From a virus (lineage: Duplodnaviria > Caudoviricetes), in the IMG/VR virus record IMGVR_UViG_3300027917_000018, positions 32,001 through 96,000 of that record: a stretch of 64,000 nucleotides of DNA; one strand, written 5' to 3'. Both the position numbers and the translations under genes were made by a program. The notes under the pieces were generated by a model. It did no database searches, had not been told where the DNA came from, and worked only from the letters and a program-made list of their open reading frames with translations. Of the stretch, positions 1-9,894 are shown one piece after another. The first letter of the stretch is position 1. Every line of letters begins with the position of its first letter.

Positions 1-205
1 GGGCTACTACAAGATTCCTCTGCTGGATCGCCGAGGCGAAGGCTGGTACAATCTGTTCCGGCCCCAAAAGAACCCCAAGGCCGAGTTGAAAAAGCGGCTT
101 CAGCACCTGGTCCAGAATCGGCGGGGCTACCAGCCAGGCGACATTTTCCTGAGCCCTTGGGGCCGTTTTCTCGTGACCGACGTTCTTGGTATTAAGGAAA
201 TCTAG
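1..205 (+). CDS. 3' end of a hypothetical protein (partial, runs in from window start)
   Basis: Open frame from base 2 (GYYKIPLLDRRGEGW...LGIKEI) to TAG at 203-205, 3 nt before the tape measure start. Confidence 0.6.
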   Translation, partial: GYYKIPLLDRRGEGWYNLFRPQKNPKAELKKRLQHLVQNRRGYQPGDIFLSPWGRFLVTDVLGIKEI

Positions 206-208
206 CCA

Positions 209-2524
209 ATGGCAGCACCAGTACCAGCCGGAGCCGGACCGATTGGTGGAGCCACCGCCGGGCTGAGCGGCCTGGCCAGCGCCGCTACCCAGGTCGGCCA
301 GTCGGCCAATCAAGCACAGCAGGACATCGAGAGCCTCAATGCCTCGCTTTTTTCGCTTGGCAGGATTGCGGTCGCCGGAGGTCTCTTCAAGCTGGGCGAA
401 GCGCTCGTGGGGTACGCCAAAGACTACCTGATTTTTGGCCAAAGACAGGCGCGGGCGCTCCAGGAACAGCTTGTTGAACAGCGGCAGCAGGCGGCGCTCA
501 TGGAGCTTCAAGCTCAGTCCGCCCGCGATATTTTGGAGGCCCTAAGCCAGCTTCCCGGCATTGGAGTCGAGCAAGTTGCCGCGCAGCAAGAGCTGGTACA
601 GCAAGCCGAGCAGCTGGCGGAGAGCACGAGGAAGTCCGCTGAATTTGCTGAGTTCAAATTGGAGGCGCATCAGCGCCTGCGAGGCCCACTGACCTTGCTC
701 ACCACTACGGCAGGAATCCTCCTCGGCACGTACAGGTCCTTGCTGGATTACGCCGTTGCGTTGAACAAGAGTCTGGAGCAGGCCAATACCTCCTACCGGG
801 TTCGCAATGAGATTCTCACGCGGGGCATGGAAGTCATGCGGCGGTCCGGCGTTGCCCAGGGCGAGGTCGCCGAGGCGGCGCGGGCCTTGGTCAATTACCG
901 CCTGGAGGAGAGCGGCAGCCTCGGCACCAACCTGGATTTGATGACGAAGATGAACGTCGCCTTGGGCGTTCACTACGAGACCAGCGCCAAGGTCGCTACC
1001 GTTTACGAAAGAACGCTCGGGCGGGGCGTGCAGATGGTGGCTGACACCGTCGCCCGGATCGCCGCCAATACGGCCATCGCCGCCGAGAAGGCCGCCGATT
1101 ACGCCTTCCACGTGGCCAGGGCAGTGCGGCTTCTTGGTCCGGGCATGCGGATGGAAAGCGAACGGATCACGGAAGTCATCGCGAACTTGGCTGGCCGCAT
1201 TCAGGAGCTTGGCGGCGACTCCGAAACCGTCCTGAACCTGTTCCAGCAGATGACCTCTGGCACCGGCATGGGGCTTTGGCTCCGGGGTCGCGCCGGGGTC
1301 ACCGCTGCCGAACTGGGCACAGCGGGCGGTGCTGAGGCGGGATTGAGGGGTGTGGCGCGGGCAATCCGCGAGCTGGTTACGGCGGACCCTGAGAGGCAGA
1401 CCGAACTGTACCTGTTCCAGCTGACCGCTGCTGGCGAGGCGTTCGGCATGACCGCGCACCAAATTCGTGACTTGTTGGACGCAGTCGATGCCTTAAACAA
1501 GCCGCTTTCGCAACAAGCCACGTTGGAGAAGGCGTTTCGGGAGCAGCAGGCGCAAACGGCCAAGTCCGTTGAGCAGCTTCGGAATGCCTGGAGAGCCCTG
1601 ATCAATCAGGCTTTCATGCCAATCTATCCGGTTATCCGATCGATCATTGACGCCGTTACGGGCCTCCTGCGGGAGCTGACCGGCCATCCTGGAGCGCTCA
1701 AGCTTGCGATGGTGGGATTGACGGCAGCTGCCCTCGGAGCGGGCGTTGCCGTCGTTAATCTGACCAGGGCTCTCGTAGGCTTGATGACCCAAACAACGTT
1801 CGGCCAAGGTGCTCTGGCAGCGGCTAGGGGAACTGTTGGAGGCCGCCTGGCTGTGGGCGGTCTTGGCTGGTTGGCCACCGCCATTCGGGTCTCTGCGCCG
1901 TACGTTTTGCCGCTGATCGGCGGGTATCTGATTGGCAGCATTTTTCGCGAGTCGCTTATCCAGTGGCCGATCTTCAAGCAGTTCGACAAGCTTACGGAAC
2001 TCGTTGCGCGCTGGTATTACGGCTGGAAGGAAACCGCCACACCCAGCTATACCCCGACTCAAAGACTCGGAGCAAAAAGCGGTATTGGTCTCTTGACGGA
2101 GGCGGCGATGGCTGGAGTCAAAGGTGATGTCGAAGCTCTTCGGGCCAGGTATTACGAGGCGACGAAGATTGGCGTTGATCCGACCAAAGGCGCGGCTTGG
2201 ATCGAAGCCGTCATGCCAAAAATGATGGCTGGGTATCAGCAACAGGAGCGCCTGAGTCGGCTGTCTCTGCCCAGCGCGGAGTCGGTCGCGGCTGAGAACC
2301 GCATCGTGGAAGGCTTCAAGCGGGCTTTGGCGGAAGTCGCTGGAGACGAACTGAAGAGCATTGGCGCACGAGGTCAAAAGAGCTTCGAGCTGAACCAGAA
2401 AATGTTGAGGTTACGGCAGGAGGGCGAGGGCCTGTACGACAAAGAGCTGTTTGAAAACACATTCAGGGAACTTGGCACGGGCGCTGGCGTAGGCTCATAC
2501 TCAGTGCCCGGCTTTGGAATTTAG
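209..2524 (+). CDS. Tail tape measure protein
   Basis: 771 aa, Ala/Gly/Leu-rich helical and coiled-coil sequence with a hydrophobic stretch near residues 500-580; upstream of a tube-like/baseplate gene. Confidence 0.7.
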   Translation: MAAPVPAGAGPIGGATAGLSGLASAATQVGQSANQAQQDIESLNASLFSLGRIAVAGGLFKLGEALVGYAKDYLIFGQRQARALQEQLVEQRQQAALMELQAQSARDILEALSQLPGIGVEQVAAQQELVQQAEQLAESTRKSAEFAEFKLEAHQRLRGPLTLLTTTAGILLGTYRSLLDYAVALNKSLEQANTSYRVRNEILTRGMEVMRRSGVAQGEVAEAARALVNYRLEESGSLGTNLDLMTKMNVALGVHYETSAKVATVYERTLGRGVQMVADTVARIAANTAIAAEKAADYAFHVARAVRLLGPGMRMESERITEVIANLAGRIQELGGDSETVLNLFQQMTSGTGMGLWLRGRAGVTAAELGTAGGAEAGLRGVARAIRELVTADPERQTELYLFQLTAAGEAFGMTAHQIRDLLDAVDALNKPLSQQATLEKAFREQQAQTAKSVEQLRNAWRALINQAFMPIYPVIRSIIDAVTGLLRELTGHPGALKLAMVGLTAAALGAGVAVVNLTRALVGLMTQTTFGQGALAAARGTVGGRLAVGGLGWLATAIRVSAPYVLPLIGGYLIGSIFRESLIQWPIFKQFDKLTELVARWYYGWKETATPSYTPTQRLGAKSGIGLLTEAAMAGVKGDVEALRARYYEATKIGVDPTKGAAWIEAVMPKMMAGYQQQERLSRLSLPSAESVAAENRIVEGFKRALAEVAGDELKSIGARGQKSFELNQKMLRLRQEGEGLYDKELFENTFRELGTGAGVGSYSVPGFGI

Positions 2525-2527
2525 CGT

Positions 2528-3337
2528 ATGCCGCAAAGTGTCAGACGCCAAAAGAGCTACCCGTACATCGGGCGCTTGATCGTCCTGGAGGGGCCGGGCG
2601 ACAAGCCGCTTTTGGACGGCAACTACACTGGCGAGTACACGTCGGCGGTGCAGATCAATTTTCCGGCGATGCCGGACACCATCGAGCTGGCGCGCCGGGC
2701 CAATTACACGGTGCGCACGAGCCCGGCCTTCCCGGACGGCATCCACCAATACATGGGCACGGAGGTTCTGAACATTCCGATCAGCTTCGAGTTGCACCAT
2801 GCCGATCGTGAGTACTGTCCAAAGGGTCCCTACACGCTGCTGCAACTTGCGGCGGAGCTGGAGTCCCTGATTCTGCCGTTCGGTAGCGACGCGATCCAGA
2901 CCGAGGTTGGCGAAACCTTCCAGTCCGAAAGGACCAACGCCGCCGTTAATCAGAGTGCGGCCCAACCCACTCAGGAACTGGGTGGCAACGTTATCAACGG
3001 CGAGTCGCTGTACCCGCCGCCGGTTTGCTACCTCCAGCTCATGCTGACCGAGTCGACGGGGCCGGGCATCGCCTGTCGCGGCTACGTTAACGACATCAAT
3101 GTCAAGCTTCACGGACCTTACATGCGCGGGCCGGGGATGGCGTTCAATTTGCCCACCAAAGGCACGTTCAGCTTCACCTTCGTTCACAATCCCGGCCACC
3201 AGAACGCCTTTCCGGCGTCCCGTTACAGCACGGTCTCAGTCAAGCAGGCGTACGCGCAGACGGTGCGCCGGAGGCTCTTCAACACGGTCGGGATTCAGAA
3301 TCCTGCGAACTACAAGGGCTTCAACGAAAGCCCTTAG
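2528..3337 (+). CDS. Tail tube-like baseplate junction protein (gp48/CIS-tube-like)
   Basis: 269 aa after the tape measure; FPAMPDTIEL...IPISFEL...CRGYVNDINV pattern typical of tube-fold baseplate proteins. Confidence 0.45.
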   Translation: MPQSVRRQKSYPYIGRLIVLEGPGDKPLLDGNYTGEYTSAVQINFPAMPDTIELARRANYTVRTSPAFPDGIHQYMGTEVLNIPISFELHHADREYCPKGPYTLLQLAAELESLILPFGSDAIQTEVGETFQSERTNAAVNQSAAQPTQELGGNVINGESLYPPPVCYLQLMLTESTGPGIACRGYVNDINVKLHGPYMRGPGMAFNLPTKGTFSFTFVHNPGHQNAFPASRYSTVSVKQAYAQTVRRRLFNTVGIQNPANYKGFNESP

Positions 3338-5280
3338 CGCTCCCATCGGTAGGTCGTGCCGTCTTTACCCTTCGTGGCCACAAGAATGTGGTCGGCGTAG
3401 CTCGCGGCTTCGGGGTTGTGCGTCACCAGGAAGATGACGGTTCCCGTGCGGTTTGCTGTTTCCCGGAGGTAGCTGAAGATGGCCCGCCGGACCACGTCGT
3501 CGTGGTTGGCCCCAACCTCATCGTACCACCGATAGCCGATCCTGGAGGCCGTGTTGCCGACCTCGGCCAGAGTCTCCGCCACGATCAGGTTGATGAGGCT
3601 GGCCTCGCCCTTACTGCTGCCCTCGGCTCGGCGGCAGCCTAGCTTGTTGGTCACACTGATAACCAGTTCGGCTTTTTCCTTGCCCGAAGCCAAGGCTCGG
3701 GTCGTCGAGTACCCGACTTGAAGCAGGCCGCCGGTCATCGCGTTGCTGATCCGCCTGGCAGTCTCGTTGAGCGGCCCGATAGCGTCCCGGAGGATCATGT
3801 TTGGAATGCCGGTCGGCCCGAAAGCCTCTTGCCAGTAGCCGACGACGCCCACCAGCTGTTCGGACTCGGTGACCTGCTGGGCGATCTTCTGGACGGCCTG
3901 TTCTGCTTTGGCTTTCGCCTCGATCTTCTCGCTCAAAACTGCCTTGGCCTTTTCGACTGCCGAGTCGCTGATGGGAGCCTCCGCCGTGGCCAGGTCGCGG
4001 GTCGCCGCCACCATCTCGTTGTGGGACCGCCGCTGGGCGTTTTCGAGGTCCTCGTAATCCTCGCTGAGCTGGGTAACGGGAGCTTGGTCACGGAGCGTCT
4101 CCCAGCGCTCTTCAGATTCGTTTACGGATTTCTCCGCCGAGGCTTTTGTCGTATCCTCGAAGTCCTTGGCTTTCGACCTAGCCGCTTCGAGCTTCTTCGT
4201 TGCCTTCTCAACGGCTGCTTCCTGGGCGGTGATGGCTTTTGAGCTGTGACCCTTGTCCCAGGGCTTGCCGCAGGTCGGACAGTTTTTGGGCGTGTCCTGC
4301 ATTTCCCGAAGCTTTCGCTCCTCAGTGTCCAGCGCCTGGCGAGCGAGCTTTCGGTCGGCCATCAGTTCGGCGAACTTGGCCTCGGCCTGCCGGAGCGCTT
4401 CGCGGCGTTCGCGGACTTCTGTTTCCAGCTTCTTTTCGGCGTCCGCGTTTTTGGCGGTGTTGACCTCAATCTGCTTTTTGAGCTTGGCCATCTGGCCGTC
4501 GCGCTTTTCGGCTTCGGCCTTGATCCGGGCGACGCGATCCTTGGCGGCTTTGACCCTGGCTTTCTGCTCAGCGAGCGCAGTTTCGTAAACGGTCTCGGCT
4601 CTCTCCACGGCCTGGGTGGCGGTTTGGACGTTGTAGTCGGCGGTCTCCAATTCGGCGTGCTTGCGTTCCAGGTCCTCCCGGTCGGAGCTTAGCTCCCTTT
4701 TGCATTGGGTAAGGCGGCTGGTGAGTTTCTGGTGGTATTGCGTCCACGGTGGCTGCATCAGGGCGGTCATGAGCAGCTCAACCGCGCTTTTCTGGCCGAG
4801 ATTGCCGAATTTGAGTTGGTCGCCGTCCAGGTGAACGGTCCACCCCGCAAGGTCAGTTGAGACAGTCAGCAGCCTTTCGAGGTCGGTCCTGGTGCTGTTG
4901 ATGCGGTCGCGCCAGACCTGCTCGCCGTCGTAGGTGAACCGGAGTGCCTCGCCGGTCGGGCTCAAGCTGGGGTCTTTGTAGCCCATCTCCACAAGCAACG
5001 GCTTTTTGGCGTGGATACATTCCAGGGAAACCAAGGTGTCGCCCTTGTCATCCCGGCTGTAATGGCCAAGATGGGCAAAGCGGCCAGGCACGCCGAGCAG
5101 GCATCGACTGATGGCTTCGCCCAATGCGGTTTTCCCCGCCCCGATGGACTTGAATCGCCCGTGGGCCGCGACGTTGGAACCTTGCACCAAAACCAGCCCG
5201 CGATCGGGGAACTGAAGCGCGGCCTCTTGGACTGTTTGCCAATTTCGGATCGTGATGGCCTTCAGCTTAGTCTGCGGCAT
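3334..5280 (-). CDS. SbcC/Rad50/T4 gp46-like recombination ATPase
   Basis: Start likely MPQTKLKAITIRNW at 5280; Walker A GAGKT, long coiled coil with CPTCG zinc hook, SSKGE signature variant, WYDEV Walker B, VTHN H-loop. Confidence 0.9.
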   Translation of the reverse strand: MPQTKLKAITIRNWQTVQEAALQFPDRGLVLVQGSNVAAHGRFKSIGAGKTALGEAISRCLLGVPGRFAHLGHYSRDDKGDTLVSLECIHAKKPLLVEMGYKDPSLSPTGEALRFTYDGEQVWRDRINSTRTDLERLLTVSTDLAGWTVHLDGDQLKFGNLGQKSAVELLMTALMQPPWTQYHQKLTSRLTQCKRELSSDREDLERKHAELETADYNVQTATQAVERAETVYETALAEQKARVKAAKDRVARIKAEAEKRDGQMAKLKKQIEVNTAKNADAEKKLETEVRERREALRQAEAKFAELMADRKLARQALDTEERKLREMQDTPKNCPTCGKPWDKGHSSKAITAQEAAVEKATKKLEAARSKAKDFEDTTKASAEKSVNESEERWETLRDQAPVTQLSEDYEDLENAQRRSHNEMVAATRDLATAEAPISDSAVEKAKAVLSEKIEAKAKAEQAVQKIAQQVTESEQLVGVVGYWQEAFGPTGIPNMILRDAIGPLNETARRISNAMTGGLLQVGYSTTRALASGKEKAELVISVTNKLGCRRAEGSSKGEASLINLIVAETLAEVGNTASRIGYRWYDEVGANHDDVVRRAIFSYLRETANRTGTVIFLVTHNPEAASYADHILVATKGKDGTTYRWER

Positions 5281-5304
5281 ACTGCGTAGAACGTAGTTAA
5301 GGCG
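5281..5304. promoter_or_regulatory. Divergent junction with back-to-back GTTCTA (minus) and TAGTTA (plus) motifs
   Basis: 24-nt gap ACTGCGTAGAACGTAGTTAAGGCG between two start codons; motifs at 5287-5292 and 5294-5299. Confidence 0.6.
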
Positions 5305-6060
5305 ATGCGCGAAGCGGTTTTGCTTGCCAACATGCTCCTGGAGGCCAAGGCGGCGATGGTCCTGTACGGGCCGAAGCTGCCTGAGAACGGTCTTTACTTC
5401 CACGCCGACAGCGACCAGGCGCTTTCGGACAAAATGACGGCCTCGCTGCGCCCGCTCGTCCGGGGCCTGCCCGAAAAGGCTGACTTGGACACGCTCTTGC
5501 GGGTCCTGCAACAGTCTGGTTATCAGGCGATTTCCCGTGGCGTGGCCGGAGCAAAGGCAAAGCGGACCACGGCGCGAACTTACGGCCAGGGCATGCAGGT
5601 GACGCCGCGCTCCGCTCAATTGCTTGGGATCAAATCAGCCAGCGCAGTCCGATCCGTAAGCGATCCGTTCGGTCGCGCTGAGAAGACAACCGCAGGCCGC
5701 GTGCTTAAAGGCGCGGTCGCGGGCGAGAAGCCGGGGCGCAGACTGGTTCCAGGTTACGTCGGGTTTACGGCGATGACCAATCAAGGTCCCACGCCGGGAA
5801 TTCGCATCAGCGACGTGGAGGCCAACAGCCCGGCCCGTGACGGCAGGATTCGCCGGGGCGACATTATCACCGCCGGTCGAACCACAGAAGCGGGAAAAGC
5901 CAGTGCCTGGCAGGATATTCGCAGCATGGACGGCTACATGCGTTTCATCAGAACCTGGAAGGCAGGCCAGGGTGTTCAGTTCAAGTACGCACGCGGGGAC
6001 CGGGACGGAGAAACCCAGGTCATCTACCCCGTGCCGCCGGAAAGGGGTCAGACGTTGTAG
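5305..6060 (+). CDS. PDZ domain-containing protein
   Basis: C-terminal GYVGF...GIRISDVEANSPARDGRIRRGDII PDZ pattern; preceded by TAGTTA motif. Confidence 0.7.
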   Translation: MREAVLLANMLLEAKAAMVLYGPKLPENGLYFHADSDQALSDKMTASLRPLVRGLPEKADLDTLLRVLQQSGYQAISRGVAGAKAKRTTARTYGQGMQVTPRSAQLLGIKSASAVRSVSDPFGRAEKTTAGRVLKGAVAGEKPGRRLVPGYVGFTAMTNQGPTPGIRISDVEANSPARDGRIRRGDIITAGRTTEAGKASAWQDIRSMDGYMRFIRTWKAGQGVQFKYARGDRDGETQVIYPVPPERGQTL

Positions 6061-6063
6061 GCC

Positions 6064-7230
6064 ATGTACCTCTACCTTTCCGAAAGACTCACGTTTGATC
6101 AGTTGTTTCGGGCCTCGGAGCCCAAGCGGATCAAGCGCAGCAGCACGGTCCGGGGACCGCCGCTCCAGATCACCGCCTACAGCGATCAGGTCTGGCATTC
6201 CTTCAATTTCAAGGCACACCCCAGCACAACCGGGCTGCGGCATCACGGCTACATTCGCTTTTACCGGCCACGGCAGGGGCAGTCGATGCCACTTCAGCAC
6301 GTGCCGTGTATGGTGGATTGCACGTGCCCGGATTTCCGGTACCGCTGGGCGTGGGTTTTGAAACAGCGGAAAAGCTCGATGGTGGGAACCACGAGCATGA
6401 ACCAGGCGCTGAATCTTCCGCCGGACAAAACCAATCCAAGGCGGCGAATCGGATTGTGTAAACATATTCTCGCCGCCCGCGATTACATCTACGGCATGCT
6501 TTCCGCGTTTCCCGGCGGTGAGAAAGACCCAGGCGAGACGCTGGTTCAATTGGTTCGCTACGGCCAGGGCCGGTGGGAGGACTTCCCCGCGCAGACCGCT
6601 CGCGCCAAGGAGCGTGAGGCATGGTTCAAGGCTGCCAAGCAGGCAAGAAATGCAGGGCTTCCCGTCCCGCCAGGCCCGCCAGAGCCTTATCGAATGCGCC
6701 TGGGGCCTGGAATTCTACCGGCAGCTGGAGAGGAAAACCCACCGGCACCGGAGAAAATTCCTGAACCCAAGAAAGGCGGCCCGGTGCTGCCCAAGCGGGG
6801 CAGGCCAACAACGGAACCGGGGCGAGCACGCGCCGAGCGACCAAAGCGTCCGGGTCGTCCAGGCCGTCCGGCCCGAGGAGAAAGTCGTGAAGTAGACTCG
6901 GCAAGTGTAGATAGAATGAACGGACCAAATTTGACGCGTATGAAACTGACTGAGGCCATCAAGATCGTCGAGGATGCCGCTGTGGATTTGCCACCGAGCG
7001 AGCCGCCCGTGAGCGATACCGCCGTTGGAGCCGACACGCAAGGCAACGTCGTCGTTCAGCTGCTGACCGACATCAAGGACTTGATGGGCCAGCTGGTCGA
7101 CCTCGAAGCGGGCGAGGAAGCGGCTGAAGGTGGAGAGGACCTGGAGACCGCTGTCGAGGTTCCCGAACCCGATGTCGAAGGCGAAGAGGATTTGGCGGCA
7201 CCTGCTGCCCGCCCTATGCCGCCCGAATAA
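6064..7230 (+). CDS. SWIM-type zinc finger protein with basic Pro-rich linker and acidic tail
   Basis: CTCPDF...CKH SWIM motif; acidic C-terminal part from MKLTEAIK (6941) may be a fused second gene. Confidence 0.65.
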   Translation: MYLYLSERLTFDQLFRASEPKRIKRSSTVRGPPLQITAYSDQVWHSFNFKAHPSTTGLRHHGYIRFYRPRQGQSMPLQHVPCMVDCTCPDFRYRWAWVLKQRKSSMVGTTSMNQALNLPPDKTNPRRRIGLCKHILAARDYIYGMLSAFPGGEKDPGETLVQLVRYGQGRWEDFPAQTARAKEREAWFKAAKQARNAGLPVPPGPPEPYRMRLGPGILPAAGEENPPAPEKIPEPKKGGPVLPKRGRPTTEPGRARAERPKRPGRPGRPARGESREVDSASVDRMNGPNLTRMKLTEAIKIVEDAAVDLPPSEPPVSDTAVGADTQGNVVVQLLTDIKDLMGQLVDLEAGEEAAEGGEDLETAVEVPEPDVEGEEDLAAPAARPMPPE

Positions 7231-7257
7231 CCGGACGTAAACGAAGCTGAACTTGTT

Positions 7258-7707
7258 ATGATCTACCCTGGCGAATACCCGCAGCCGTTGCTGCGCACGA
7301 CCAATGTCAAGTGCCCCGTCGTGGCGGGTTACGTCACGGCGCGTCTTCAGGTTCAGGGCGCTCCGGGCACGATTGCAGTATCTGGCTATGCGGACAACAC
7401 AGTGATGGTACTGGCGCAGTCCGCTGGCTCAAACTGTCAGTTCCGACTTCAGCAGACCAACGACTACACTTCGGGACCGTGGGAATGGCTTGGTGTGGCC
7501 CAGGCTCTCGTTCCAGGCGGACAAAAGACCTATACGGTCACCCCGAGGCAGAAGTACATTGAGGTCAAGGGCCTGGCTGGAACGGGAGCTGTGAACTTCC
7601 AGCTCAGCAGCCGCTTGAAATGGGATGTTCTTGGCTTCGACAAGACCGATCCGTTCTATCCGCCATTCCTCTGGAACGCGAAGACCCCGACTACGTCTGC
7701 GGTTTAA
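7258..7707 (+). CDS. Small beta-sandwich virion-type protein (paralog family 1 of 3)
   Basis: 149 aa; aligns by eye with the ORFs at 15566 and 32968. Confidence 0.55.
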   Translation: MIYPGEYPQPLLRTTNVKCPVVAGYVTARLQVQGAPGTIAVSGYADNTVMVLAQSAGSNCQFRLQQTNDYTSGPWEWLGVAQALVPGGQKTYTVTPRQKYIEVKGLAGTGAVNFQLSSRLKWDVLGFDKTDPFYPPFLWNAKTPTTSAV

Positions 7708-9013
7708 TGGCCTTGTTCGGGTCCTGGACCGTGAGGTAAACCCCACCGGTAAGGCTGCGGCCTTTGCTCCGAGTCAATGCGGAGTCTTGCGCGGCCTTCA
7801 GATTCAGCGGAACGCCCTGAGCTTTCTGTTCGCTTTGGAGGGCTTGTACACCCAGGGAGGCTAGCTCCGGCGCTACGCTGGGCTTGCTGTTGAACTCGCC
7901 CCGGCGCAAAATGTAAACGGAATAGATTGCGCCACGCCGAATCAGATGTTCCGCTTGGGTCACCAGGTAAACGCCGCCCCAGGTGCTGGAAACTTGCTCC
8001 TTGGGATTGATCGTGACCCGCAGGAAATCTCCGGCCCGAACTGGCGGCAGTTTCTCCACTGATAGCTTTATCTCGAAACACTCCATCCTGGAGGCTTCGT
8101 AGGCGTTCTGCGCGAAATTCTCCGGCTCCTCGGGCCGGTTGGCTCCCAGGTGCCACATGATGTTGCGCTGGCCGCCCGCGATCCGGTCAATGCGATGAAC
8201 GTTGTCGGCCAGGCGAAGGGCAAGGTCCGGGTCGCTGTTGATTTCCTTCTGAACTCCGCTGTAGGGATCGTACATGACCAGCCGCGTTCCAGCCGCCCCG
8301 GTGTTGACCTGATGCTGGCTGCGGTCGATCTGAACCAGCTTCATGCCGCCGCTGGAATTGTAAACGATGTCCAGCAAGCTGGCCTGGTACTCAGGGCTGT
8401 GAAAATGTACGACGTTGTCCCGAGCGAAGAACAAATAGTTTCCCCGGCCTTTGGCGCTGCGGGCCATGCGCACCAGGCGCTCCCGGATAAAGTCGTGGTC
8501 GGACTGGTAGCTTTGAATCCAAAGTCCGTCGCCCGTGGTCGGCTCAACCACCGCGTCCTGGTCGCCCAGCATGCGCTGAACAATCTGGCTGACAGTGCCC
8601 CGGTGGGCCACGGTTTTGTTGCCTCTGTCCGCCAGCCCCAGGATGCCCTTGGTCTCGATAACAATGAAATGGCCTGCGCCCGAACCGATACCCTCCTGCT
8701 TGGCGCGAAAAGTGTAAACGAAATGAAGCTGCCAGGGCAGCCAGCGAACATCGTCGCCCGATCCGAAGCCCAGTCTCCACCGAATCAAGGGCGTTCCGTT
8801 GGCCTGGTTCAGAGCCAGGACGGCGTCCACGTAATCCGGGGTTGACGTGCGCAGTGTGAACTTCGTGACCGCCTCGTCGTGGACGCTTTCGTGGATCGTC
8901 GCGTCCTCCAGCCGGACGACGTTGGCGTACAGGGGAAAAGTGCGCGTTTCGATCTTCAGCTCGAACTGGAGCTGGGCGTATCCCTCTAGCGGTTGTGAGA
9001 TGTCGACCGGCAC
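7691..9013 (-). CDS. Baseplate hub protein (gp27/gpD-like)
   Basis: 440 aa; WIQSYQSDHDFIRERLVRMA...YLFFARDNVVHF pattern of hub proteins; TAGTTA 4 nt upstream. Confidence 0.65.
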   Translation of the reverse strand: MPVDISQPLEGYAQLQFELKIETRTFPLYANVVRLEDATIHESVHDEAVTKFTLRTSTPDYVDAVLALNQANGTPLIRWRLGFGSGDDVRWLPWQLHFVYTFRAKQEGIGSGAGHFIVIETKGILGLADRGNKTVAHRGTVSQIVQRMLGDQDAVVEPTTGDGLWIQSYQSDHDFIRERLVRMARSAKGRGNYLFFARDNVVHFHSPEYQASLLDIVYNSSGGMKLVQIDRSQHQVNTGAAGTRLVMYDPYSGVQKEINSDPDLALRLADNVHRIDRIAGGQRNIMWHLGANRPEEPENFAQNAYEASRMECFEIKLSVEKLPPVRAGDFLRVTINPKEQVSSTWGGVYLVTQAEHLIRRGAIYSVYILRRGEFNSKPSVAPELASLGVQALQSEQKAQGVPLNLKAAQDSALTRSKGRSLTGGVYLTVQDPNKAIKPQT

Positions 9014-9023
9014 AACTTAACTA

Positions 9024-9323
9024 TCAAACCTCGTCGACGGCGGCAAAGTAGCGCTCCAGAGCGTCTTCCACGGCCTGTTCCAGAACCACGCTATGAAGCT
9101 CGATTGCGCAGTCTTCCGGCTCATCGAGGGCCTCGTGGAGCTGCCGGACGGTTTGCGGCGTGTCCAGGAGCAATTCACACTGGCGGGGATTGAGCAAAAT
9201 CCCCTCAGCGTCTTCCGCCAGATAGACTTTCATCCAGCTGTCCTCCAGGGTCACCACGCTGGAGTCGAGCGTCTCGGACTCCAGGTCATCCAGTAGTTGG
9301 ATCAGTGCGCTGGGCTTCTTCAT
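9024..9323 (-). CDS. Acidic hypothetical protein
   Basis: Start likely MKKPSALIQ at 9323 (a longer start overlaps the divergent gene); 99 aa. Confidence 0.55.
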   Translation of the reverse strand: MKKPSALIQLLDDLESETLDSSVVTLEDSWMKVYLAEDAEGILLNPRQCELLLDTPQTVRQLHEALDEPEDCAIELHSVVLEQAVEDALERYFAAVDEV

Positions 9324-9342
9324 CTTGTTGTAGTTACCTTGA

Positions 9343-9894
9343 ATGCTTTTTACTGAGCGAAAAGAGTTCCTGTACGATCCGGCGCTGTTCAGGCGGGCGG
9401 ACACTCAGACGGCCCTGAAATTCCACAGGGAACACACTGTCGCTTTTGCGCCACGGCCTTATCCCAAGTTTTTCGAGGCGGACCATCGGTCTCAAAAGAT
9501 CGACCATCTCTGGCACATGCCATTGGACAACAGAACGGTTTTCAGCCGAGTCCTGGATATTCCGTGCCTGAATAGCCACGAGCGGCCTCGGTGGAGCCAA
9601 ACCAAAGTCGGCCTCTACGCACAGAGAAACGACCGTTTCACGCTGTCCAACCTGATCCTCCAGGAGCTGGACTATTTCCCGGAGCGCGGGGACCAGGTTT
9701 ATTACAACGGTTACCGGTACATGATCGTGGACGTGGTACTGGAGCCCCAGGGCTATTGGCAGCAGACCAACGTCTGGCTGGGCCTGGCCGTTGTCTGCAT
9801 CATCCCGCCGGATGGGGATGCCCGCCCAGTGACCAATCCCGGCGAAGCCGTGCCCTCTGAGCTGTATCAAACCCGGCCATTGCCTGAAGCCTGA
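9343..9894 (+). CDS. Neck/head-closure-like virion protein
   Basis: 183 aa, first gene of the neck-sheath-tube run; beta-barrel-like C-terminus (PERGDQVYYNGYRYMIVDV); TAGTTA upstream. Confidence 0.4.
   Translation: MLFTERKEFLYDPALFRRADTQTALKFHREHTVAFAPRPYPKFFEADHRSQKIDHLWHMPLDNRTVFSRVLDIPCLNSHERPRWSQTKVGLYAQRNDRFTLSNLILQELDYFPERGDQVYYNGYRYMIVDVVLEPQGYWQQTNVWLGLAVVCIIPPDGDARPVTNPGEAVPSELYQTRPLPEA

Noticed and set aside
5294-5304. TAAGG within the TAGTTAAGG motif as a Shine-Dalgarno site
   Set aside because: Only 1-4 nt from the start codon and absent in several copies, while TAGTTA is the conserved part
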